Assembly (NCBI GenBank): GCA_964567785.1
Contig: CAZMOK010000007.1
Coordinates: 4,254-68,253, forward strand
Source of the DNA: an uncultured Bacteroidales bacterium
Lineage (GTDB): Bacteria; Bacteroidota; Bacteroidia; Bacteroidales; JAGOPY01
DNA: 64,000 nt
Direction: 5' to 3'
Part shown: positions 55,944-64,000 of the stretch, piece by piece
How positions within the stretch are numbered: the stretch's first letter is position 1
Layout: each line of letters begins with the position of its first letter
Notes under the pieces: model-generated
What the model was told of the DNA's origin: nothing
Databases searched by the model: none
Seen by the model: the letters and a program-made list of their open reading frames with translations, nothing else
Position numbers and translations under genes: made by a program

Positions 55944-56957
55944 ATGGACCTGACAACAAATTACCTGGGTTTAAAACTCAAGAATCCCATAATAATTGGG
56001 GCGAGCAATCTCGTAACAGATATAAATTTTGTTAAAAAGCTGGAAGAAGCAGGAGCTGCTGCCATTGTATATAAGTCACTTTTTGAGGAGCAGATCCAGC
56101 TCGAAAACCTTGAGCACCATCAAAGTTCGGAAGATTATGGTGACCGTCATCCGGAAATGTCTTCTTCAATGCTTCCCAATATTGAGCATGCCGGTCCTGA
56201 AGAATTCCTGTTCAATTTCTCTAAACTTAAACAATCGATCAATATTCCTTTGATTGCCAGCGTTAACGCCGTTTACGACGATACCTGGTACGAGTATGCC
56301 AAAAAACTCGAAGATATTGGTGCCGATGCGCTTGAACTAAACTTTTATTCTGTACCCAGGGAATTCGATCTTGACGACAATTCCATATTGAAAGAACAGC
56401 TTGATACCCTTGAAGGGGTAAAAAAATCTGTTAAAATTCCCGTAAGCGTTAAATTAAGTGAGTTTTACACCAACCCCCTTTATTGCCTTGGTGAAATGGA
56501 CAAGGCAGGTGTCAATGGATTTGTGTTGTTCAATCGTTTGTTCCAGCCTGATATCGATCTGGATAATGAAAAGATGCATTATCCTTATATTCTGAGCAAT
56601 GAACAGGACAACCGCTTACCCTTGAGATTTGCAGGCCTGCTCTACGATAATGTCAAAGCCAGTATTTGCAGCAATACCGGCATTTTAAACGGTAATGATG
56701 TAATAAAGATGATACTTGCAGGCGCCGATTGTGTCCAGACAGTAAGCACTATCTATAAGCATGGTCCGAAGCAGGTTACAAAAATGCTGGAAGACATTGA
56801 AGCATGGATGGATAAAAAGGGCTATTCCAAACTTGATGAGTTCAGGGGTAAGCTGTCGAGAAAAAATATAAAGGAGCCTTTCGCATACAGGAGGGCGCAA
56901 TATGTTGACATCCTGATGAGGTCGGAGGAGATCTTCAAAAAATATCCCCTCATATAA
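55944..56957 (+). CDS. Dihydroorotate dehydrogenase-like TIM-barrel flavoprotein
   Basis: LKNPIIIGAS, ALELNFYS and NTGILNG...AGADCVQ patterns of the DHOD/DHPD family. Function not assignable from the sequence alone. Confidence 0.6.
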   Translation: MDLTTNYLGLKLKNPIIIGASNLVTDINFVKKLEEAGAAAIVYKSLFEEQIQLENLEHHQSSEDYGDRHPEMSSSMLPNIEHAGPEEFLFNFSKLKQSINIPLIASVNAVYDDTWYEYAKKLEDIGADALELNFYSVPREFDLDDNSILKEQLDTLEGVKKSVKIPVSVKLSEFYTNPLYCLGEMDKAGVNGFVLFNRLFQPDIDLDNEKMHYPYILSNEQDNRLPLRFAGLLYDNVKASICSNTGILNGNDVIKMILAGADCVQTVSTIYKHGPKQVTKMLEDIEAWMDKKGYSKLDEFRGKLSRKNIKEPFAYRRAQYVDILMRSEEIFKKYPLI

Positions 56958-56971
56958 TACATCTGCTTAAA

Positions 56972-59932
56972 CTAATTAACTGTTATCTCATCTGCAAAGA
57001 TCCAGGCTCTGTTGCCTGCACCTTTGTGCCATTCGGGACATACACCAATATTCTTGGCAACCACCTTTATATATCTTGAAGTAAGCCTCATGCGTGTCTT
57101 TAAATACTCGTGTATTACCGGTTCATTCATTCTTTCAGGCGATCTGTTCCTTATAATTGCAACTGTCTTGAAATCGTAAGGTTTTTGGGAGACTTCAAAG
57201 ATCACTTCCTCGGGCTTGAAAATCCAGGAGTCCTGATCTTCGAGGAATGATGCCTTAATAGATTTGACCCTCTTTCTCTCGCCTAGGTCTATGATAACCT
57301 CCATATCTACGCCATAATACCCCTGCCAGGCACCTGTTCTGAAATTATCTGTTCCCCTGATCATATCAACAAGGGCCAAATCTCCGCCACCCGTATACTG
57401 GCTGCTGTATGGATTTTTGATCTGTATGGTATAATCATGTGGTAACCTGAAAAATTCCGCACTGATCACCTTACTTGGGATTTTACCTTGTAAGGTGGCG
57501 TAAGTATTGATCTTCACATCCCTGTTTATTGTGATAGAGTCGTTATATAAAGGAGAATACCTTCCCGGCATGGTTTTTCCCGTTGAATACCTGATGACCG
57601 CCGAATCGTTGATATGGTCGATAGCAAATACCATTCTATCCCTGAATATCCTGTTATCAGTCCTGATGAAAGGAACAGGCGTAATCAGGTGATCATCGAT
57701 AACTGAAACAGGCCTGTCTTCCGGATTGAATCCCCAGTTCCTGTTGGGGCGGGTTCCCATCAGGAATGTAAGCTTGCTGCCTCCCATGATATCTTCATGA
57801 AAGATGTAGCTTTTAGTATACCCCTCACCGTCAAGCTCTGTATCAATTATATATTTGTTCTGACTGCTGGTGCCTTTTGCTTCCAGTACGAAATCTTCAC
57901 CGTTTGGAAGGTGGATCGTTACCTTATTAAACAAGGGACTTCCCAGGACATAATAATCCATCCCTGGTGTTACCGGGTAAAAACCCATAGAACTGAACAC
58001 ATACCAGGCCGACATCTGGCCGCAATCTTCATTTCCACAAAGCCCTGCCGGGCCTTCATGGTAAAGCTCATCCATAATCTGCCTGACAACCTTCTGTGTC
58101 TTGAAAGGCTCGCCGATAAAGGAATAAAGATAGGCCATGTGGTGACTGGGCTCGTTGCCGTGTGCATACTGTCCGATAAGTCCGGTAATATCGGCCTGCT
58201 GTCTGCCTGCAAGGTCGGGAGAAGAAGAAAACATTTCGTCGAGCTTCCTTTCAAAACCCTCATCACCTCCCATCAGATCGACCAGGCCTGAAATATCGTG
58301 GGGCACATAGAAAGTGTATTGCCATGTATTGGCCTCGGTAAGCATAAAATTGACCTCTGTCGGGTCAAATGGGTTTGTAAACGCACCGTTTTTCTTTCCC
58401 CTTATGAAACGTGTATCGGGATCGAACAGATTTTTATAGTATTGAGCCCTTTGAAGGTATTCCCGGTAGCCGTCCTCATCTCCCAATGCTTTGGCCATAA
58501 TGGCTATACACCAGTCATCATATGCGTATTCAAGGGTTTTCGAAACTGATTCCCCTTCAACATCTGCGGGTATATAACCATATTTCCTGTAAGCGTTGAG
58601 TCCGAAATGATCCTGGCCGGCGCTTTTTTTCATGGCCTCGTATGCCTTTTCCACATCAAAATCATCTATACCTTTAATATATGCATCGGTAATAACTGGT
58701 ATGGAATGATAACCGATCATGCAGTTTGTTTCATTTGCAGCCAGTTCCCACACAGGTAAAAGCCCTCCCTTATCATATATATCCAGCATTGTCTTAATGA
58801 AATCCAGGTCCCTTTCAGGCTGCAGAACGGTGTAGAGGGGATGGGCAGCCCTGTATGTATCCCAAAGTGAGAATACGGTATATATTTCATGACCGGGGTC
58901 TTCATGCACCTCAAGGTCATGTCCCCTGTATCTACCATCCACATCGTTATACAGGTTGGGAGCAAGGAATGAATGATAAAGGGCGGTATAGAAGACGGTT
59001 TTCAGGTCATCCCGATCATCTTCAATTTCTATTACCGATAGCTCATCTTCCCATACTCTCAGGGCATTTCTCTTTATTTTGTCAAAATTCCATCCGGGCA
59101 TTTCCTCATCAATGTTTCTGGCAGCCCCTTCTTTGCTCACAGCGGATATACCAACTTTAACCAACACTTCATCGTCGCTGTCCTCATTGTAGCTCACCCA
59201 ACTCTTGACTGAGGTACCGGAAGCCTTCATCAGGCCAGGTATGACCGAATCATTCACAATGACCCCTGATTCAACAAAAGGTTCTGAGAAAATGGCGTGA
59301 AAGAAGACATACTGGTCATCCGACCATCCGTCTGTTCTCCTCATTCCATTGATCTCCCGGTCGTTCAGTATTTCAACTTCCAGATCTATTATTCTGTCGC
59401 TGGTTATCGATTCCACAAGATCAATTAAAATGTATTTTTTCCGGCCTTCAGGAAATTCGTATTTATGGAGGCCAACCCTTTCAGTGACAGTGAATGAGGC
59501 ATGTATCCCATAATCTTTAAGCATTACCGAATAATATCCCGGTTGGGAACTTTCATCATCATGACTGAACCGTGATCTGTATCCTGTCCCGGGATTTGAT
59601 TCATCCCCGGGGTTCCACAGCAAATTGCCTGTCATTGGCATGATTCGTATGTCACCGTAATCCCCGACACCTGTGCCGCTAAGGTGCGTGTGAGAAAACC
59701 CCATTATAGTGCTGTCGGAGTAATGATACCCTGAACAACCGTCCCAACTGTCCTTTCGGGTATCAGGGCTGAGCTGTACCATTCCAAAAGGCATGGTGGC
59801 TCCTGGGTATGTATGACCATGACCGTCGGTACCGATGAATGTATTCACATAGCCAGTTATCTTTCCACTTTCACTACCCCCGCATGATGAAAATACTACT
59901 CCTAATATAATAAGGTATAAGACGTTTTTCAT
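56972..59932 (-). CDS. GH92 alpha-mannosidase with a C-terminal carbohydrate-binding-type extension
   Basis: GFSHTHLSGTG, NCMIGYHSIPVI, EANTWQYTF and HGNEPSHH motifs. Lipoprotein signal VFSSC. 986 aa. Confidence 0.85.
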   Translation of the reverse strand: MKNVLYLIILGVVFSSCGGSESGKITGYVNTFIGTDGHGHTYPGATMPFGMVQLSPDTRKDSWDGCSGYHYSDSTIMGFSHTHLSGTGVGDYGDIRIMPMTGNLLWNPGDESNPGTGYRSRFSHDDESSQPGYYSVMLKDYGIHASFTVTERVGLHKYEFPEGRKKYILIDLVESITSDRIIDLEVEILNDREINGMRRTDGWSDDQYVFFHAIFSEPFVESGVIVNDSVIPGLMKASGTSVKSWVSYNEDSDDEVLVKVGISAVSKEGAARNIDEEMPGWNFDKIKRNALRVWEDELSVIEIEDDRDDLKTVFYTALYHSFLAPNLYNDVDGRYRGHDLEVHEDPGHEIYTVFSLWDTYRAAHPLYTVLQPERDLDFIKTMLDIYDKGGLLPVWELAANETNCMIGYHSIPVITDAYIKGIDDFDVEKAYEAMKKSAGQDHFGLNAYRKYGYIPADVEGESVSKTLEYAYDDWCIAIMAKALGDEDGYREYLQRAQYYKNLFDPDTRFIRGKKNGAFTNPFDPTEVNFMLTEANTWQYTFYVPHDISGLVDLMGGDEGFERKLDEMFSSSPDLAGRQQADITGLIGQYAHGNEPSHHMAYLYSFIGEPFKTQKVVRQIMDELYHEGPAGLCGNEDCGQMSAWYVFSSMGFYPVTPGMDYYVLGSPLFNKVTIHLPNGEDFVLEAKGTSSQNKYIIDTELDGEGYTKSYIFHEDIMGGSKLTFLMGTRPNRNWGFNPEDRPVSVIDDHLITPVPFIRTDNRIFRDRMVFAIDHINDSAVIRYSTGKTMPGRYSPLYNDSITINRDVKINTYATLQGKIPSKVISAEFFRLPHDYTIQIKNPYSSQYTGGGDLALVDMIRGTDNFRTGAWQGYYGVDMEVIIDLGERKRVKSIKASFLEDQDSWIFKPEEVIFEVSQKPYDFKTVAIIRNRSPERMNEPVIHEYLKTRMRLTSRYIKVVAKNIGVCPEWHKGAGNRAWIFADEITVN

Positions 59933-59934
59933 TC

Positions 59935-60924
59935 CTAAGTTTTTATGAAGTGATCAGAATCAAGCAGGTTATTGCCACTTCGGTTCATAAACGCATAATT
60001 GAACCCCTTATGGATCGAGTATGCTCCATGGCTTCCCGACTTATCAACTGCGAGGTACCCCACCTGGTATTTCCTGTAATCGGGCAGCTTGTCGGTAATC
60101 CTTTTTACTGCAGCCTCACAGGCCTCCTGTGGCAGCATTCCCCGGCGCATGAATTCAACGATCAGGAATGACCCAAGAGTTTTCATAACAAGTTCACCAA
60201 GGCCGGTGGCAACAGCGCCGCCAACTTCATTATCCACGTACATTCCCGCACCGATAATTGGCGAGTCTCCTACCCTGCCGTGATACTTGTACGCTGCACC
60301 GCTGGTGGTGCAGCTTCCAGCAATATTACCGGAGCTGTCGATAGCAAGCATACCGATCGTATCGTGATTTTCAACATTTATGACCGGTTTATACCGGCTT
60401 TCTTTTTTCCATTGCTCCCATTCCTTGAGTGATTGTTCAGTTAACAGATCCTGGTGTTTAAACCCTTGTTCCAGGGCAAACTGGTAAGCACCTTCACCGG
60501 AGAGCATTACATGAGGTGTTTCCTCCATTACTTTCCGGGCAACAGACACTGCATTTTTGATATTCTGAAGAAAGCTCACTGATCCGGCATTTCCAAGGTG
60601 ATCCATTATACAGGCATCAAGGGTCACTTTGCCATCCCTGTCGGGCAGCCCTCCCAATCCAACGCTCATATTGTCAGGATCATCCTCTATGATACCCACT
60701 CCGGCCTCTGCTGCATCAAGTGCTTTTCCGCCTTTACCGAGGATCTTCCAGGCTTCATCATTGGCAGGTATGCCACTGTTCCAGGTAGAAATAACGGCAG
60801 GTATTCCTGAAGATCCTGATTGGGATATTCTTAAATAAGGCGAAGAAAAACCTGCCAGGGGCAGTGCCAGGCTTCCTGCACCTGCCGCCAGCGATCTCGC
60901 AATGAAATTCCTTCTATTGATCAT
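59935..60924 (-). CDS. Tat-exported glycosylasparaginase / Ntn-hydrolase asparaginase family
   Basis: MINRRNFIARSLAAGAG Tat signal. Autoprocessing site HDTIGMLAID. GAGMY. Confidence 0.8.
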   Translation of the reverse strand: MINRRNFIARSLAAGAGSLALPLAGFSSPYLRISQSGSSGIPAVISTWNSGIPANDEAWKILGKGGKALDAAEAGVGIIEDDPDNMSVGLGGLPDRDGKVTLDACIMDHLGNAGSVSFLQNIKNAVSVARKVMEETPHVMLSGEGAYQFALEQGFKHQDLLTEQSLKEWEQWKKESRYKPVINVENHDTIGMLAIDSSGNIAGSCTTSGAAYKYHGRVGDSPIIGAGMYVDNEVGGAVATGLGELVMKTLGSFLIVEFMRRGMLPQEACEAAVKRITDKLPDYRKYQVGYLAVDKSGSHGAYSIHKGFNYAFMNRSGNNLLDSDHFIKT

Positions 60925-62315
60925 GATTGAGCATTTTTCAAAGTGCCTATAATTCTTTTCTTATAGCCTGCTATACCATAAAATGCAAGGTAGGCAAAGG
61001 CAAAAAGTGGAACGGTAAAAGATGCATGGACACCATAGCTGTCGGCCACTGCACCCTGGATTACCGGTATGATAGCGCCTCCGAGAATAGCCATAACCAG
61101 AAGGGAGGATCCCTGGCTTTTAAATTTTCCCAGGCCTTCGATGGCAAGAGTGAAGATATTGGACCACATGATAGAGTTAAAGAGGCCTATACCTATTACA
61201 GACCACATAGCTGTTTTCCCTTCTGAGCTGAGGGTAATAACCAGCAGGGAAATATTGATGAGGGAAAACAGGAAGAGGGTCCTGTGGGGCAATGACCTTC
61301 CGAGGAAAAAGGCCGCAAGGTTAACTATGAGAAAAACACTGTATATTAAAGCGATGTGTATTCCATTGGTGTACCAGATAACCAGGAACGCTGCCAAAGG
61401 TATAGCTAACATCAGGAAATACTTCAACCCTTTTTTCGAAAAATCAGCCAGTGAAACAGCACCCAGAAATCTTCCTATCATCAGTCCGCCCCAGTAAAAA
61501 GAAACATAGGTGCTTGCCTCGGCCTCTCCGAATCCCGCTATATTTTCAAGCCCAAGATAACTGATCAATATACTCCCTATGCTCACCTCGGCACCTACAT
61601 ACATGAAGATCGCTATGATTCCAAGAGTAAGATTAGAGTATTTCAGAGCTCCTGCCGACCGTTGGATATTAACCGGACTTGTCAGGCGGGGCAGGTGGCT
61701 GAACCTTATAAATACAGCCAGCAGCAGAAAAATAATAGAGAAGACCAGGTAAGGCATTTTCACCGCATCGGCACTGCCTTCGGGGCCAATAAAGAATTTA
61801 AATATAAGGTATCCTCCTATCAGCGGACTTATGGTTGTTCCAAGCGAATTGAATCCCTGGGCAAGGTTAAGCCGGCTGGAAGCTGACTTTTCAGAACCGA
61901 GTATTGCCACATAAGGGTTGGCTGCTATCTGTAGAATTGTAAAGCCTAGTGCCATTATAAAAAGGGCCGTCAGAAAAAAACCATACATTTTATAATTGGC
62001 TGCAGGAATGAAAAGGGCGCTGCCAAATGCAGAGATGAGCAGACCTATCAATATCCCGTTCTTATATCCAATTCTCATTATTGGGTCGCCGGCTGTGGCA
62101 GAGATAATGAAATAGGCTAATGATCCTACGAAATATGCACCGAAGAAAGAGAACTGTACCATCATGGCCCTGGCATAGTTCAGTTCAAATACTCCTTTTA
62201 AGTAAGGTATGAGGATATCATTGAGAACTGTCATGAAACCCCACATAAAGAACAACCCGACTACAACAAGAAAGGCTGAGGTATAAGTTGGCTTATCCTG
62301 CATATTGCTATTCAT
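60921..62315 (-). CDS. MFS sugar transporter (FucP / glucose-galactose transporter-like)
   Basis: 12 TM helices. FFMWGFMTVLNDILIPYLK is typical of the FucP/GluP family. Start set at ATG 62315. Confidence 0.75.
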   Translation of the reverse strand: MNSNMQDKPTYTSAFLVVVGLFFMWGFMTVLNDILIPYLKGVFELNYARAMMVQFSFFGAYFVGSLAYFIISATAGDPIMRIGYKNGILIGLLISAFGSALFIPAANYKMYGFFLTALFIMALGFTILQIAANPYVAILGSEKSASSRLNLAQGFNSLGTTISPLIGGYLIFKFFIGPEGSADAVKMPYLVFSIIFLLLAVFIRFSHLPRLTSPVNIQRSAGALKYSNLTLGIIAIFMYVGAEVSIGSILISYLGLENIAGFGEAEASTYVSFYWGGLMIGRFLGAVSLADFSKKGLKYFLMLAIPLAAFLVIWYTNGIHIALIYSVFLIVNLAAFFLGRSLPHRTLFLFSLINISLLVITLSSEGKTAMWSVIGIGLFNSIMWSNIFTLAIEGLGKFKSQGSSLLVMAILGGAIIPVIQGAVADSYGVHASFTVPLFAFAYLAFYGIAGYKKRIIGTLKNAQS

Positions 62316-62498
62316 ACAGGTGCCTAAGGTAAAAAAAATCCTCACCGGGCAAATGCCGTGAGGAAAATAAATGTGAATAGCAAATAAAACAGGACTTACA
62401 TAAAAAAATAAAGAGTGCTTTCGCACTCTTTACTTTAAACCCAAAATCATGAAAAAACAAATAAATTATTTCTTCAACCTATAGTTAATCAGATATTA

Positions 62499-63308
62499 TC
62501 AAAAAGGTAATACAAAAAATAAAATTTTATTTAAAAAATTTGTATCGCCACTGTTTTTAGCCATTTTCTGAAGTATGCTTATGGCATCCTTGTTAAAATC
62601 GTGGCCTTCATTTTCAGCGATCATCTCGAATTGTTCCCTGGCTTTTTCGTTTTTATCGGTAACCAGGTAACTTAGGCCGAGGTACCATTCGGCATTATCC
62701 TTATAGAGGGTACTCCCTTCTTTGACTATATCTCTGAAGAGGCTTATCGACTCGGAATAATCCTTGATTTCCATATTTGAAATACCGGAATAGTACTTCA
62801 GGGCAATATTGTCAGGATCATTCTTCATCAATTCGGTGAAGAGTAAAGAGGCTTTTGTAAAATTCTTGTTCTGGAACTGCAGCAGGGCTTCTACAACATT
62901 TGCACCGCTTGTCCTGGTAATACTGATGGATTCGCCAGAATCGTAGTACATGGCATACAGCTTCTCATTTGAATACCCTGAAGGTTTGAGAAGAAGTATG
63001 GAACCGGCGACTATCAGCAATACAATAACCGATGCAGCTGCATACCAGTACTTTCTCGTGAGTGGCCTGATAACGCCTTTTCTGGATCGATCTTTCTTGA
63101 AATCCTCCTGGGCTTCGATCAATGTAGCCCTGAAATCCAGTACTTCAGTATCTTTTAGTGCATCATTCAAATCTTTTTCCAATTTGAACTCAAAAGCCAG
63201 CCCGGGATTTGAATCCATTTCCGATTCAAGATCCCTCATGGCAATTTCATCGAGTTCTCCTTCGAAGTAATGTTCGATCCTTTCTGAATACCTTAATTGT
63301 TCGTTCAT
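62499..63308 (-). CDS. Membrane-anchored anti-sigma-like protein with TPR repeats
   Basis: Single TM (YAAASVIVLLIVAGSILLL) and TPR-like C-terminal half. 4-nt overlap with the upstream ECF sigma gene. Confidence 0.5.
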   Translation of the reverse strand: MNEQLRYSERIEHYFEGELDEIAMRDLESEMDSNPGLAFEFKLEKDLNDALKDTEVLDFRATLIEAQEDFKKDRSRKGVIRPLTRKYWYAAASVIVLLIVAGSILLLKPSGYSNEKLYAMYYDSGESISITRTSGANVVEALLQFQNKNFTKASLLFTELMKNDPDNIALKYYSGISNMEIKDYSESISLFRDIVKEGSTLYKDNAEWYLGLSYLVTDKNEKAREQFEMIAENEGHDFNKDAISILQKMAKNSGDTNFLNKILFFVLPF

Positions 63309-63880
63309 TCTTCCATTAATTTTTTAAACCTGGGGTCGTTTATAATCTGTTGCTTTAATTTCTCTTTACACATGAACTTACGAGTCTTGGCGTATTTTTC
63401 ACTTTTAAAACCCATCAGATCAGCGATCTCCTTCAAGGGCACCTTCTGCAGGAACAACTTCAGCACTTTCTGGCAATCCTCACCGAGCTCGAGAAAGTGT
63501 TGTTGAAACAACTTATATTTCTCGTTCTCATTATCGGTGAATTCAAACTGGATGGTATCCTGCAGTTCATTCAGATTTTCCAGTTCCAGGAACTCACTGC
63601 TGAAAGCTTTTTTATCAAGCCTCTGAAGCCAAAGGTTCCTGCACACCGAGTACAAATACGTTTTAAAAGAACTTGTAAGTATCAGGTCATCCGACCTTAC
63701 CTTTTTAAAAATGATTACTAAAGCATCCTGGAAGACATCCTCGGCATCTATCTCGCTCCCTGAATTAGTTGTGATCAGATACTTGATAGTAGGAAAAAAC
63801 TCCTTGTATACATAGTTAACTACACTTCTATCCTGGACCTTGAGGCCACTGAGGATATCTTCATCGCTGTAGTATATCAT
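63305..63880 (-). CDS. ECF-type RNA polymerase sigma-70 family factor
   Basis: Region 2 (DAEDVFQDALVIIFKK...YLYSVCRNLWLQRL) and region 4 HTH (CQKVLKLFLQKVPLKEIADLMGF). Confidence 0.8.
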   Translation of the reverse strand: MIYYSDEDILSGLKVQDRSVVNYVYKEFFPTIKYLITTNSGSEIDAEDVFQDALVIIFKKVRSDDLILTSSFKTYLYSVCRNLWLQRLDKKAFSSEFLELENLNELQDTIQFEFTDNENEKYKLFQQHFLELGEDCQKVLKLFLQKVPLKEIADLMGFKSEKYAKTRKFMCKEKLKQQIINDPRFKKLMEE

Positions 63881-64000
63881 TTAGTACTGAATTTTATCAG
63901 ATTTTGCCAAAAAGGTAATACGGTTATAAGCAGATTGTTAAAAAAATTACAACCAGACTCCCCGGGCTTTGGAAACAAAAATATGATTTTCTTTGATCTT

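Noticed and set aside
1-64000. CRISPR arrays, tRNA/rRNA genes, insertion sequences, integrases or prophage genes.
   Set aside because: All intergenic gaps longer than about 100 nt were read by eye. Only AT-rich promoter-like DNA and hairpin terminators were seen. No spaced direct-repeat arrays, no GC-rich cloverleaf-like segments and no transposase- or integrase-like ORFs were found. A tRNAscan/Infernal run would be needed to exclude small RNAs formally.

Overview
This 64-kb chromosomal window looks like Bacteroidota. Supporting signs are a T9SS C-terminal sorting domain, a TonB-dependent receptor with a carboxypeptidase-regulatory-like N-terminus, GH92, TAnnTTTG-type promoter boxes and lipoprotein signals. 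PFOR and a Psr-type molybdoenzyme suggest an anaerobe or facultative anaerobe. I call about 55 densely packed protein genes on both strands. I recognised no rRNA, tRNA, CRISPR array, transposase or integrase. Most of the window is housekeeping: citrate synthase and isocitrate dehydrogenase, pssA, queA, ggt, pdxJ, dtd, lpxK, lpxH, sppA, PFOR, tatC and several peptidases. There is also a small N-glycan cluster (GH92, glycosylasparaginase, MFS transporter) next to an ECF sigma/anti-sigma pair. Two regions stand out. (1) 6.7-10.8 kb holds a Crp/Fnr regulator followed by a rhodanese lipoprotein, an anion-type porin and a periplasmic sulfurtransferase. (2) 18.9-31.9 kb is a respiratory and sulfur-trafficking island. 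It contains MobA and a MobB-like protein. It also contains a bc-type Rieske protein translationally coupled to a cytochrome b6/subunit-IV-like membrane domain fused to a domain with 12 c-haem motifs. Divergent from that pair is a Tat-exported PsrABC-like molybdopterin oxidoreductase. Downstream are a split YeeE/YedE sulfur transporter and two membrane-anchored rhodanese-like paralogs. These paralogs lack the active-site Cys, and their only cysteine is the last residue of an identical ...KKKKTVVEGGC tail. A second Crp/Fnr paralog follows, with a perfect TGTGA-N6-TCACA box and an ATCAC array phased at 22 bp. The Rieske/cyt b-multihaem fusion and the C-terminal-Cys rhodanese-like carriers are the best candidates for undescribed biology. 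All functional calls rest on motif recognition by eye; no database search was run.
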